NCBI GenBank assembly: GCA_963806535.1
Contig: CAWDYC010000006.1
Location: forward strand, 64,001 to 128,000
Reading direction: 5' to 3'
DNA length: 64,000 nucleotides
Origin: Candidatus Bathyarchaeota archaeon
GTDB taxonomy: Archaea > Thermoproteota > Bathyarchaeia > Bathyarchaeales > Bathycorpusculaceae
Notes under the pieces: model-generated
What the model saw: the letters and a program-made list of their open reading frames with translations, nothing else
What the model was told of the DNA's origin: nothing
Database searches by the model: none
Part shown: piece after piece, positions 10,382 through 22,043 of the stretch
How the letters are laid out: every line of letters begins with the position of its first letter
Position numbering within the stretch: the stretch's first letter is position 1
Program-made: the position numbers and the translations under genes

Positions 10382-11528
10382 ATGAATATATTGCCCAAGC
10401 TTAAGCACAAAACGAAACGTGTATTGTTCAACGGATTTACTCCAACTCAATTTATGGTTTTCAAACCCATCTATGAAAAACTAAAGAGCGATGACCGATT
10501 TGACATTTTCTTCATGAATTCTATGAGAGACGCGAACATTTTTAGAGAATTCGGGATTCCTAAAGACAGGTTTCTTAAAGCGAAAATCGCTTTTTTCGTA
10601 AATTGGGATTTATATATTGCCTCAGATATCTTTCAACCCCGTTTTCTAAACAAGCTTTTTTTCAGGTTCGCAAATGATAAAAGGTTAGGTCATATAAGAA
10701 AGACACAAATGGTTTTACTATCTCATGGTATAAGCGAAAAAAAATATACTTTTGAGGACGACTCTAAGCGCTTCTATAGCCTGCTTGCCTAGTTATGATA
10801 AAGTTTTCTTCTCATCCAAAGCCCAATATAACAAGCTAAGCAAGCTGTATGCTGGACGCTTTGCCAAAAATTTCGAGTATGTTGGTTACCCCCGGCTTTT
10901 TCAACTAATTAATGAAACTTACGATAAAGAAAAACTCAAGAAAAAACTGAAAATACAGAATAACTTCCCTATAATCTTGTTTGCGCCAACTTGGGGACGC
11001 TACGGAAGCCTAGAGCAGTTTGGAGCACGAATAATTGAGCAATTACTGTCACTAAACGCAAATGTCTTGTTCAAAATGCATGATAATACTTACCTTAAAA
11101 TCTCTTATACAATTGAGAAAAATCAAATAAACCTTGACAAGTTCAAAAGGATTCCAAATTTTCACATAATTAATGACTACGATATTTACCCATATTTGCA
11201 CTTAACTGACATGTTGATTGCTGATTACGGTTCATTAATTTTCGAATATCTAACACTACAAAAACCAGCTATCTTTCTGGATTTAAGCTTACATAACAGC
11301 CAAATCGTGAGCAATGTTCACAAGCTTGAGCTTCTCAGAAAATCATGTATTACTATTTCCTCGCCCAACGAGTTAGAAGAAGCTTTGAATTTGGCTAAGG
11401 CAGACTCTAGCAAATTAAGAGGTTGCAGACAAGAATTAGTCAAAGAATATGTTGAAAGTGCTCCTTGCGCAGTAGAACATATCGTTAAATCTATCTGCAA
11501 CCTTTTGAATTTTAGCAACTCAAATTAG
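10382..11528 (+). CDS. CDP-glycerol glycerophosphotransferase (TagF/TagB-like), frameshift near 10785
   Basis: HGISEK, GYPRL, ILFAPTW, KMHD and DMLIADYGSLIFEYLTLQKP motifs across two overlapping ORFs. Confidence 0.8.
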
Positions 11529-11542
11529 CGAGAGTGTTATAG

Positions 11543-12391
11543 CTGAAAGCAGTTAACGATGAATTACAAGAACAAGTTCAAGACACTGATAAACAAAGAA
11601 GTGTTGATGACCGATTCAATTCAGAAGTTGAATTTTGGAACGACATTTATAAAAAAGAAACTGTACTCTCGTATATTCTAAGACAACGTCAGGCCACAGT
11701 ACTTCGATTTATTGACGAATTACCACTTCCTAATGGCTCACGAGCACTTGAAATTGGCTGCGGAACAGGATTATTGGCAATTTCTTTAGCTAAAAAGGGT
11801 TTTACTGTAAACGCTGTGGACCATGCAATGGCTATGGTTGAGCGTACCAAAAAACTGATATTACAAAAAAACATGAATGAAATCGTTTTTGCAAGCATTG
11901 AAGATGCTCACGAATTCACATTTAAGGATAATACTTTTGATTTAGTAGTTGCAATAGGGGTAATTCACTGGCTACACAATGTTAAGCAAGTCCTCAACGA
12001 AATCACACGAGTTTTGAAGCCTCGAGGATACGCTGTTTTAAGTATAGATACTCGTTGGTTATCGCAAGTAGATTTTCCAATGATAGCTCGAGGAATAATA
12101 AATAGTAAACTTCAGCAAATAGGACTCTTAACTCAGCATTCAAATAGATATACGGGTCCGATCTGGTATTCCACAAAGCAGTTTAACCAATACCTTACAG
12201 AAACAAAGCTGGAGCTTGTCAAGAGAAAAACTGTGGGTTTTTTGCCTTTCAACCTTTTCAGTAAACAGTTGTTATCTGAAAGAAACAGCCTGAAAATAAG
12301 CTTGAAACTTCAAAGATACGCTGACGTCGGATATCCTATCTTGCGTTCACGAGGAGCAATTTACGTAGTCTCATTAAGAAATCGCAAATGA
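11543..12391 (+). CDS. Class I SAM-dependent methyltransferase (N-terminally extended relative to the ORF track)
   Basis: Motif I ALEIGCGTG lies in frame upstream of the track start; frame is open back to CTG at 11543; FDLVVA and RVLKPRG motifs. Confidence 0.8.
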   Translation: MKAVNDELQEQVQDTDKQRSVDDRFNSEVEFWNDIYKKETVLSYILRQRQATVLRFIDELPLPNGSRALEIGCGTGLLAISLAKKGFTVNAVDHAMAMVERTKKLILQKNMNEIVFASIEDAHEFTFKDNTFDLVVAIGVIHWLHNVKQVLNEITRVLKPRGYAVLSIDTRWLSQVDFPMIARGIINSKLQQIGLLTQHSNRYTGPIWYSTKQFNQYLTETKLELVKRKTVGFLPFNLFSKQLLSERNSLKISLKLQRYADVGYPILRSRGAIYVVSLRNRK

Positions 12392-12410
12392 ATGGCAAGG
12401 ACTAAATCGA

Positions 12411-13553
12411 TTGACAATTAACCTATTAGTATTAACAAGCTATTTTGCAATGGAACCAATGGATATTCAGGGCGGAGTGGGTTACAGATATGCAGGATTA
12501 TATGGTTTATTAATAAAAAAATTGCTGGATACAAAACCGGAGTCAAAAGTTTTTTGGTATTCACACAGCGATACTTTAGTTCGAAGCATTGACAAAAAAG
12601 GCATTATTAATCAAAAAATGTCCATGTTACAAGCTGTGTCCTATGCATTTAACAAAAGTTCGAAAGAAAAAACAAAGCTTGTTGTAATAATAGCATTTCC
12701 TCACGGTTGCCCCAAAACAATAAAAGTACTTGATTACTTATTCAGCCTCATAATTTTGAGGCTCGCTTATCCATATGTCAAGATCTTTGTTGACTATTTT
12801 GACCCTCCAATTCAAGCAAGATATGCCTTCAACGCAAGACCACCCTCAATCTTTACGAGAGCATATTTTCAATTACTAGAAATGTTAACTCTAAAATTCG
12901 CAACCAAGATAATTTCGCTCAACAAATTTTGGGTTAAAGACTTAGTTAAACGGTATAGATTGAGCTCTCAAAAATTTTTAATTATCCCCAACGGTGCCCT
13001 AATTAACTTAATTGAGTATCGCCCGCCTGTTCTTCAAGGGCCAGTTAAGATTCTGTATGCAGGTATAGCAGCTAAGAGCAGAGGCATTGATAATCTGATA
13101 CATGCGGTCTCTAAATTGAATAAAGAGGGCTTGAAAACCACTCTATACATTGGAAGTGGAACCATGCCATTACCAAACTGGGTTAGCGCCTTTCAGCTTA
13201 ATTGGCCAGAATTCGTTCAAAAGATACTTTTGCCCTCCGATATTTGTGTGCTCCCTTACCCTCCTGGCAAGATATTTTTTGACCGTATTCCTTCCGTTAA
13301 GTTATTTGACTATATGGCCGCAGGAAAACCAGTGATATCAACTGACCTGCCAGAAGTCGAAGAAATTTTTACTTCTTTCAACTGCGGACTAGTAACTAAG
13401 GATTGGAATCAATTCAAACAACACATAGAAAAACTAAGTCATGACAAAGAACTAGCCAAAACTCTTGGGATGAACGGACGTGAAGCTGTCCTAACTTATT
13501 TTGATTATGATAAGCTGGCAAAAAAGCTTTTACAAAATGTTCTCAAAGAATAG
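12411..13553 (+). CDS. GT4 glycosyltransferase
   Basis: IIPNG, ILYAG, PSVKLFDYMAAGKPVISTD. Confidence 0.85.
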   Translation: MTINLLVLTSYFAMEPMDIQGGVGYRYAGLYGLLIKKLLDTKPESKVFWYSHSDTLVRSIDKKGIINQKMSMLQAVSYAFNKSSKEKTKLVVIIAFPHGCPKTIKVLDYLFSLIILRLAYPYVKIFVDYFDPPIQARYAFNARPPSIFTRAYFQLLEMLTLKFATKIISLNKFWVKDLVKRYRLSSQKFLIIPNGALINLIEYRPPVLQGPVKILYAGIAAKSRGIDNLIHAVSKLNKEGLKTTLYIGSGTMPLPNWVSAFQLNWPEFVQKILLPSDICVLPYPPGKIFFDRIPSVKLFDYMAAGKPVISTDLPEVEEIFTSFNCGLVTKDWNQFKQHIEKLSHDKELAKTLGMNGREAVLTYFDYDKLAKKLLQNVLKE

Positions 13554-13581
13554 AAAGAACAATAATGCTGGGTAGAAAAAA

Positions 13582-14745
13582 ATGAGGATTGCGATTTACG
13601 CTCCTTACCTTCAAGTTTCAGGGGGAGGAGAGAAGTACATAGGTAGCATTGCCGAGATTCTTAGTGCCAGGAACACAGTCGATTTCATAGCATTCAAAAA
13701 ACCGAATTTAGAAAAAATTGGCAAGAACTTGAACCTCAACTTAACCAAAGTTGGCGTCCAACTATTAGCGCTAGACAAGCGCCCACACGTAAATGCTTAC
13801 AGAGTTTCTCAGGCTACTAGACATTATGACCTTTTTCTTAATCAAGAACATTTTACAGTGATTCGATCTTTGGCTAAAACAGGAATATTAATTTGTGAAG
13901 TTCCACCAACAAACACCAACACTAAGCCGATGCTTTCTCCAGTTACATGCAGGAGCAAAGGGCAGATTCTCAACCGAATGGTACTCCGAGCATTTTTTGA
14001 TCCCGCACTTAAGAGCTATGACAAAGTATTATGCAACTCCGGCTTCACACAAAAATGGGCTGTTCGATGGTACAGAAAAAAAGTAGAGGTACTATACCCT
14101 TCTGTAAAAGTAGAAGAAATTCGACCTTTCCAAAAACAAAAAATAATCTTAAATGTAGGCCGTTTTTTTGTTGGAGGAAATTGCAAAAAACAACTTGAAA
14201 CCATCAAAATCTTCAAAACTCTTTATGACGAAAATAGGTCTCTTTTGAAAGAATGGGAATATCATTTGGTTGGAATGTTATCTGAGGACCCGCGTGGCCA
14301 AGAATATCTCAACTCATGTACTAATGAGGCAGCTGGTTATCCAGTAAAATTTCATATTAATGTCTCTTTCCAAACCCTCAGAGAGCTATATGGCTTTTCG
14401 AGAATACTCATACATGCAACTGGTATGGCTAAGAACGAACTAGAGTCTCCTGATCTCATGGAGCATTTCGGGATTGTGCCAGTTGAAGCCATGTCCGGCG
14501 GTTGTGTTCCAATAGTCATATCTAAGGGAGGGCTTTCAGAAATAGTACAAGATGGAGTTAACGGTTTTTTATGGAGTTCTGAACAGGAGTTAAAACAAGA
14601 ACTGCTAGCTGTAATTACTGATAACGAACTATGGCAAAGATTAAGCAAAAATGCCGTTGAAAGGAGCCAACAATTTTCAGTTCAAAAATTTTACGATAGA
14701 TTGAAACAAGTGCTTGATTATCAAGGATTAGACTTTGCATACTAA
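13582..14745 (+). CDS. GT4 glycosyltransferase
   Basis: GGGEKY, NSGFT, VGRF, EHFGIVPVEAMSGGCVP. Confidence 0.9.
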   Translation: MRIAIYAPYLQVSGGGEKYIGSIAEILSARNTVDFIAFKKPNLEKIGKNLNLNLTKVGVQLLALDKRPHVNAYRVSQATRHYDLFLNQEHFTVIRSLAKTGILICEVPPTNTNTKPMLSPVTCRSKGQILNRMVLRAFFDPALKSYDKVLCNSGFTQKWAVRWYRKKVEVLYPSVKVEEIRPFQKQKIILNVGRFFVGGNCKKQLETIKIFKTLYDENRSLLKEWEYHLVGMLSEDPRGQEYLNSCTNEAAGYPVKFHINVSFQTLRELYGFSRILIHATGMAKNELESPDLMEHFGIVPVEAMSGGCVPIVISKGGLSEIVQDGVNGFLWSSEQELKQELLAVITDNELWQRLSKNAVERSQQFSVQKFYDRLKQVLDYQGLDFAY

Positions 14746-15362
14746 ACTTTGAAGAATGAACCAATTTTGCCCTCGCACTAGAGCAGTTCTCAATAGAAAA
14801 GCCAAGTTCAAGAACACCATCGATTCGTTCAGCCATTTTCAGACTAACCTCCTTTCTCATCGGAACAAATATTTGGCAAAAAAGCTGGAACTAGAAATAG
14901 TCTTCGCTTGAATACACTCCTCGTGCATTTCAGAGTAAACTGAGCCAAATCAAACACTTGCACTAGGGTACTATAACTTGCCGAGAAAAATAAGTTCTAG
15001 GCAGTTAGCAAAAAAACTCAACCTTCAAAAATCCACTTTGGCGACTAACTGCATAAAAGCAGAACTGCGTATACTAACTAAGATACTAAAAGAATAATGC
15101 CGAGCTAGGCACTTGCAATTAAAGAGATTTCTTCCATGAAAACGCTGATTAGAGCTGAATCAAACCCATTAAGCCAAAATTCAAAAAAGGAGAAACTCGT
15201 TTGTGACATCGTCTTTTGCCTTCCTGCAAATCATAGCGGACTTACCATAATCCTGCGCTTAGTAAAACCGCAATCTTCAAATTTTAAGCAAGGGACTCAG
15301 CCCGTTTTGGGTTAGACCAAACTCGTCTCATGCACATCTACTTCCACGTTGCTGACAGCCTG

Positions 15363-17228
15363 CTAACTGGCATGTTTGCTACGATAAACTGCAAAACTGA
15401 TTAAGCTGCAACCTACACCGACAAATAGGATTGCCCAGAGCCACCATTGCATCCACAGAGGCTGCGTTTGTTGCCCAATCATATTGCTGACATGCAACTC
15501 GTCGATATTAGTGATAGAGTCGTGCCCAATGTAGAGTTCGTTTTGAGCCATAATTGGACCACTTGGGTTGGCTATTCCTGATGATACCTGGACTGCTTGT
15601 TCGGTTCCGTTAACGTAGATGTGCATTCCTGAGGTTAAGCTTCTTGTGAAAACAACATGAATCCATTGATTGAGCGGCAAAGGCTTTGTGGTATCTATTT
15701 CGTTTAATACTCCGTTTTGAGTCATGACGTAGCCGCGTAGGGCAGCCATGGGAGGTGAGCTTGAATTCTGCGGTGTTTCTCCATTAATAGCGATTCCAAG
15801 TGTTCTAACGGGCAATGATGCGGTGGTTCTTAAGCATTCAACTATGATGTTATTGTATGGAACGTTCTTAATTTGTTGTACATTTACCCAAGCATCGATT
15901 GTTACTTCTTGGGTCGTTTGCAAACTAGGAGAAGGGGGTACAAACGCGTATGATAATCCATCGAAACTTAAAGCTTGACCAAACATGCCCTGGACTTGCT
16001 TAGGAACATATGATTGGTTGCCTGCTGTTGACGCCAAGACTGCGGGGTTGTTGCCGGTTGAATCCGGAATAACACCATCTGTGGCAATATTGTCAAATGT
16101 CCAAGAAGCAACAATGCTGTTTGATTCTACTAACGCTGGATTGATTGGTGACGGTGTTTTTCCAGGGTTTGAAACATCAAACTGTGTGATGAGTGGGTAT
16201 TTGTCATTGTTGTTAGAGTTAATCATATATGGAGTATTGGCTATTCCCGAGCTGTCATTTTCAACTGCATTGGGGTATTTTGTTTGGTAGTCGCTCCAGT
16301 AGTTTCCGCCAGATGGAAAACTGTTGTCCCAGCTCTCAATAAGGAAAGTTGAATTGCCGAAAGCGTTTCGGCCGTTATTTTCAAAGTTGTTATGGTAAAA
16401 CTGGTTTGCGCGAGGAGCAGCCCCCTGAGTAGTAATAAAAACACCATATTTGTTTGCAGCAAGGTCATTGGCGGCGATTATATTGTTTGACCCCGAAAGC
16501 CATATCCCCGATTCATCATTAGACACTATCTTATTGTCAAACACCACTGAATATGAGGAACCCAAACCTATGCCTCTAAAGTTGTTCTGAAGAATGTTTC
16601 CGCTAATAACGTTCAAGTATCCGCCTAAAGCAATTCCTGAAACGGCATTCCCAAGGATACTGTTATTGCAAATGTTGTTTAATGAACCAGCATAAAACCG
16701 AATCCCATCTTTAATGCTTGATGAGATAGTGTTGTTGATTACTGTTGTAGACGATTGAAGGGCACAGAAAATTCCAATATAGTTATTCAGAAAAATATTA
16801 TCTTCGATTGAGCAGTTATCAGCCTGAACAATTATGCCAAGAGCGTTCTGCGAGCGAACCGAACTATTGGCACTTTCAATAGTAAATCCAGACACTTTCA
16901 CCCCATTAGCGGCCAAAGTGAGAACGGCAGGCTCATTCGCACCTCCTTCACCAATTATTATTGTATTTTGGTTGTCTTGGCCTTCAAACGTTAACGATTT
17001 ATTAATTTGTATGTTTTCATGGTAAATTCCTGATTTTACAAATATTATGTCGCCTTGAGAAGCATGATTAACTGCCGAAGCTATTGTCGAATAGTCATCG
17101 GGAACTACCAAAGTAGCCGATGCTCTGCTCACTTGAAGGTTAAGTGTCCATAATGCAGAAAGAAGAATAATGGTTATTGCAAGGGCTTTGATGAATTCTT
17201 TTTTCATTTTTGTCACCGTTATCTGCAA
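15363..17228 (-). CDS. Cell-surface NosD/PbH1 beta-helix + LamG-like domain protein
   Basis: VPDDYSTI..A, Asn-rich beta-helix repeats, GGNYWSDY, G.FGQALSFDG...WIHVVFT, C-terminal TM. Confidence 0.85.
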   Translation of the reverse strand: MQITVTKMKKEFIKALAITIILLSALWTLNLQVSRASATLVVPDDYSTIASAVNHASQGDIIFVKSGIYHENIQINKSLTFEGQDNQNTIIIGEGGANEPAVLTLAANGVKVSGFTIESANSSVRSQNALGIIVQADNCSIEDNIFLNNYIGIFCALQSSTTVINNTISSSIKDGIRFYAGSLNNICNNSILGNAVSGIALGGYLNVISGNILQNNFRGIGLGSSYSVVFDNKIVSNDESGIWLSGSNNIIAANDLAANKYGVFITTQGAAPRANQFYHNNFENNGRNAFGNSTFLIESWDNSFPSGGNYWSDYQTKYPNAVENDSSGIANTPYMINSNNNDKYPLITQFDVSNPGKTPSPINPALVESNSIVASWTFDNIATDGVIPDSTGNNPAVLASTAGNQSYVPKQVQGMFGQALSFDGLSYAFVPPSPSLQTTQEVTIDAWVNVQQIKNVPYNNIIVECLRTTASLPVRTLGIAINGETPQNSSSPPMAALRGYVMTQNGVLNEIDTTKPLPLNQWIHVVFTRSLTSGMHIYVNGTEQAVQVSSGIANPSGPIMAQNELYIGHDSITNIDELHVSNMIGQQTQPLWMQWWLWAILFVGVGCSLISFAVYRSKHAS

Positions 17229-17381
17229 GTAAGTAGAGCTATGTGCGATATTACTCTCCCTAAAGAACAGGCTGTTCTTTTAGAAGAACACCACCAAAAA
17301 ACAAAATTAAGAACTTATCGAGGAAAGACTCGTTTTAATACTTCCAATATTCTAAGCAGTTTTTAGGAGATTAGGAACTTG

Positions 17382-17549
17382 TTAGAGCTCGTATCGCCCG
17401 AAATCAAGAGAGCCACATTCTGGAGTAACAAAATAGAAGATTTTTCCGCAGTGGCTACAACGATACTCCTGATTTTTGTTTTTCTCAACTTCTAAGGAGC
17501 CACATTTAGGACAGCGAATTTCAACGTTTGTCGTTATTCTACCTTCCAA
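17382..17549 (-). CDS. Small zinc-ribbon protein (55 aa, not in ORF track)
   Basis: Manual translation MEGRITTNVEIRCPKCGSLEVEKNKNQEYRCSHCGKIFYFVTPECGSLDFGRYEL. Confidence 0.6.
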   Translation of the reverse strand: MEGRITTNVEIRCPKCGSLEVEKNKNQEYRCSHCGKIFYFVTPECGSLDFGRYEL

Positions 17550-17890
17550 GTTTAGCGTTAAACTAGTTTATTATTAAAGATTTTGGACAATATTGACTTT
17601 AGTAAAGGGGCAAGGTTTTTGAGCATCGTTGTTTTCTATTGCCTGCCAAGGTTGAAGAATTTGTCTAAAAAAGCAAAGAAAGCTGAAGGTTTAGAAAAGC
17701 ATAAGCAACTACAACGAGAAAAAGATCAGAAACGAAAAGAGAAAAAACAGGTTTCTCTCCCAGCAAAACACGCCTCTAAAGGCAAAAAATAGTTTTGCTT
17801 GAACAGATTTTGCATTAATCCACTTTTTCATTTGTTGACTTTTTGTTTCTGATTTTTGGTTAATCGGCTTAGTTTTTCCAGGAAATTATT

Positions 17891-19092
17891 TTAGTCGTAG
17901 CTTTCGCGGATGACAATAACAATGAATTGCCCTAGTTTTGTCTTTACCAAATTAGAGTATAATTTTACGTGCATTGGAGATTTGTTCTTGCGCAAATGAA
18001 TCATTTCAAGACTGGTCTCTCCTTTTTCAACAATGTGTCTTAGGAACGAATTAACTGAGGGAGCATCTTTTGATGGAAGAAGTGAGCGAATATTCATGTT
18101 GAGGAATTCGTCAAGGCTGTAGCCATATACTTTTGATGCTGCTTCATTTGCATATTCAAAGTCGCCTTTGTCATTTAGAAGAAATATGGCTTCTCCTGCA
18201 TTGTCAAGAATTGTTGCTCTTAGTTTAAGCCCTTCTTCTGTCTTTCGATGTTCTTGAATTTCACGACTTAATTCTTCGTTTGCTTTTGCACATTCAGCTG
18301 TTCGCTCTGCCACTACATGCTCAAGTCGGTGTCGATATTTGTTTAGTTCAGCTTCGATCTCTTTGTTTTTGGTGATGTCTATGGATAAAATCAGGATTCC
18401 TTCAGGTACAGGGTTAATGTGAAGTTCAAACCAGCCTTTGGATCCATCTGGGAATGTAAATTCGTTATCCAATTGATGCGGGACACGATTTGTCATGCAG
18501 TTTCGTAGATGACTGAACATTTCTGTTCTATCTATACCTGGATAAACCTGCATCATTGTGTAACCTAACAATTCTCTCTTTGGTTTTGCGTCCCTGTTTA
18601 GCCGCAGCCTCATTTACGTATACATAACGCCAATCATAATCGATAATTTGGCAACCCTCAATCATGTAATCAAGTGAAATCTGAAGTCGGTTTTCAACTT
18701 CTTTTAACGATTTTTCCTTTTGTTTCCGTTCAGTAACGTCATCCGCTGAGCTAAGCATGCCAATGGTGTTACCTTTTTCGTCGCTGACAAGCAGGTTATG
18801 GAAGTTAAATGTCCGTTCTTCTCCTTGTTTAGTAATTAATGGATATTCAAAATGCAAATGACGAAGATTTCCACTTAAGGCATCATGAAATAAACGTTTG
18901 GCTTCTGCTTTTTTTGCTGTTGGAACAAAGTTTTCAAACCAATTTTTGCCCTTTAATTTCATTGCTTGAATAGCCGAGAATTTCGCATGCTTTTTTGTTT
19001 ATGTCGACGACGACTTCATCGCTGCTTATGGCGATCATGAAGACGTCTGTTTGGTCAAAAAACGATTGTGCTAAACTATTTTTTGTTTCCAA
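17891..19092 (-). CDS. Multi-PAS-domain sensor protein without output domain (frameshifts near 18950 and 18580)
   Basis: Three PAS repeats (INKKACEILGYS, YVNEAAA, YANEAASKVYGYS) and a LEHVVAERTAE coiled coil; TTG start overlaps the end of glgP. Confidence 0.75.
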
Positions 19093-21268
19093 CTTCTTTT
19101 CCCTCAGCTACATTTGTTTTTGTTTCTTCCTGTCCGGCGGCAGGCAAATACATTTTTTGAGTGTATTCTTTCATCATTCGGCAAGCGTTGAAAGCAGGAG
19201 TGATTGTTTTTATTGCTTCTTTAACGAATTTTATCCATTGATGCGGCACTCCTCTTCGGTCTCGGTCATAGTAGAGCGGCGCGATTTCTTTTTCAAGCAA
19301 GTTATAGAGTGATTCGGCATCTGTTTTGTCTTCTTCCTCAGGGCTGCCTCCTTGAAAATCGTCTATTGCCCATCCATTTTTGCCGTTGTATGCTTCGTCC
19401 CACCATCCGTCGCGAACGCTAAGGTTTACCACGCCGTTCATTGAAGCTTTCATTCCGCTTGTTCCACATGCTTCTTGCAGTCGTCTGGGTGTATTGAGCC
19501 AAACATCAACGCCGCGGACAAGTTCTCGTGAAAGATTAAGATCATAGTCTTCAACAAAGACAATGCGTCCTTGAAATCCTCTATCTAAAGATGCCTGATA
19601 TACCCGTTTAAGAAGCTGTTTTGATTGGTAATCGGCTGGATGAGATTTGCCTGCAAAGATTATCTGCATTGGTCTTTCTGGATTTGTTATTATTCGTTTT
19701 AGCCGATCAATGTCGGATAGCAGTAAGTATGGTCTTTTGTACTCGGTAAATCGGCGTGCAAAAGCAATAGTTAAGGCATATGGATCAAGTAGAGAACCCA
19801 TCGCAATCACTTGTTGAGTTGTTACAGCGTCTTGGGTCCAGCGTTGCTGTGCTCTATCTTGTATAGTATTTATCAATCGTGTTTTTAATGTTTGACGCAT
19901 CTGCCACAATTCTTCATCAGGTAGATCTTCAATGCATTTCCAATATGCATCTTCGTCTTGTTTTTGCAGAAATTCTGAACCAAGGTATTTTTCGCAGAGC
20001 GCGCTGATTTCTGGTGCTTGCCAACTTGGTAAGTGAACGCCGTTTGTTACAGATAAAATCGGCACTTGGTCTTCCTGCTTATCTGGCCAAAGGACTTGCC
20101 ACATTCTCCTAGTTATTTTACCATGAAGTTTAGAGACAGCGTTATGATTGAGCCAGATAAACGAAAAGCGAAAGCTGTAAGGTTGAATCTTTCGGGACCA
20201 GAGCCTTGATACTGACCTAGCTTTAGGAAAGTTTCTCGATCAATTCCGAGAGGTTCCCAAAGATTACGTGCATAGTGGTCCATTAATTGAAAACTAAAAA
20301 CATGGTGACCTGCTGCAACTGGAGTATGAGTTGTGAAAACTGTGCTTCGCCGCACTTTTTCTATAGCGGAATCAAAAGATAAGCCGTTGGCTCGCTCTAT
20401 ACGGAGACGTTCAAGCATCATGAAAGCTGTATGGTCTTCGTTAGCGTGCCATACAACAGGTTGAATGTGAAGCTCCCGCAATGCGCGAACTCCACCTACG
20501 CCTAGAACAATTAGTTGACGAAGTCGTTCTTCTTGATCAGCAGTATACAGGCGCGCTGACAATGTTCTATCTTCAGGACGATTTTCTTCAACATTAGTAT
20601 CCATCAGATAAAGAGTTAACGCGACCAACATTTACTTGCCAAACTTTAACGTAAATTTGGCGGTCGGCAAGTTGAACTGGAATAAGAGGCCCACATCCAT
20701 AGGGCCAAGCGCAAGGTGAAATAGGCGCATCATCAAAGTTTAGTTGTATGTAATCTTCTTGTTGATCGCCTTCAGGTGAAATACGCTGCCGAAAGTAGCC
20801 TTGAGGATACATGAATCCAACTGCAACGAATGGTAACCCCCGATCTGAGGATTCTTTGCATATGTCTCCTGCCAATACGCCTAAGCCGCCTGCGTAAATA
20901 GGCAAGGAATTATGGATAGCGTACTCAGCTGAAAAATAAGCTATTTGCCCATTTGGTTTGCCAGGGTTTGTTTGGCCACACCATTCGTGACCTCTCGCCA
21001 TTTCTTTATCAAATTTTGACATCACCATATCATAGAGTTCTAAAAAAACGGGGTCTCTTGCTGCGTCCTCCAGCTTTTCTTTGCTGATGCTGCGCAGTTG
21101 TTTGACTGGGTTATGTCCGCTGGTTCGCCATAGACCATAATCTAAAGAGCGAAAAACCTGTCGTCCTTCCTCATGCCAGCTCCACCACAAGTTGTTGGCA
21201 AGCTCTAATAATCTGCCAATTCTTGACGGAAGATTTGGCGATTCTATTTCAGGGTTATTTACGGTCAT
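19076..21268 (-). CDS. glgP: Alpha-glucan (glycogen/maltodextrin) phosphorylase, frameshifts near 20605 and 20135
   Basis: NLWWSW, YAGGLGVLAGD, FTTHTPVAAG, FARRFTEYKR and EACGTSGMKA (PLP lysine) motifs in three consecutive ORFs. Confidence 0.9.
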
Positions 21269-21458
21269 GAAGTGAAATTAGCCTCTGCTTTTTGGTTTTT
21301 TAAACCTAATTAAAAGAATTCAAGACGTTGAATTCTAACTTAATATTTTAAGCGCCAACTTAATATAGATAATGTGAACGGGCACGTTAAATTTCTTGTA
21401 ATTTTCTGAAAGATTGAAATTAAAAAAAAGAAAAACAGTTGATGAAAACTTTGTCGGC

Positions 21459-21950
21459 TTAAATTGGTGCCCGCATGAGCAACGTATAATTGACGTCTTC
21501 TGTTTGCAGTTTAGCTCCGATTCTAAGAGTGCTTCCACCAAACCAGGAGTATTGTCCTGCAAGTTTCAATGTTACTGCTTGCCCATCTGGGCTTGTGCCT
21601 TGAGCCTGCAGCAAAACGGCATGTCTGCCTGTTAATACGCCTCCGTTTCCGCTTGTAAATGTGTATGAAACACCATTTGCCACTAATGTGCCACCTGTAA
21701 CGTCAAATTTCTTGACGGGACCATTGGTTGATGTGGGCTGAAGCGTTAAAGTTAAGCTTGCTGGGTAATACTTTATTGTGTTGCTGTCGATTGTTTGGTA
21801 GATGTTGCCTTGGGCTTTTAGCGTTTTGATGTTTGAAACAGCGTTATTTGTTGCTTGAGCACTTGCAAGAGGTAGGGCAATTGCCAATACTGCTGCAATC
21901 ACAATTATTGTTGTGATGGCTATCTTGTTTTTTCTGCTTAAGGTGACCAT
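21459..21950 (-). CDS. Hypothetical secreted beta-rich protein
   Basis: Signal peptide; SD GGAGGTGA upstream. Confidence 0.7.
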   Translation of the reverse strand: MVTLSRKNKIAITTIIVIAAVLAIALPLASAQATNNAVSNIKTLKAQGNIYQTIDSNTIKYYPASLTLTLQPTSTNGPVKKFDVTGGTLVANGVSYTFTSGNGGVLTGRHAVLLQAQGTSPDGQAVTLKLAGQYSWFGGSTLRIGAKLQTEDVNYTLLMRAPI

Positions 21951-22043
21951 TCATTTTTCACCTCCAATTTGCTTCCATGATCACTTCTTTGTTTTGGTCT
22001 TTAAAAAGAAAGCCGCACTTTTGATGTGCACCACAAATGTATA

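Noticed and set aside
14760-15360. Possible gene remnant or degenerate element copy (ACTCAACCTTCAAAAATC at 15016)
   Set aside because: No recognisable protein, and only a short core match without array or tail
17640-17885. Possible degenerate element tails (CCTGC...AAAAAAGCAA; one inverted)
   Set aside because: Similarity is too weak in A-rich DNA to count without a profile search
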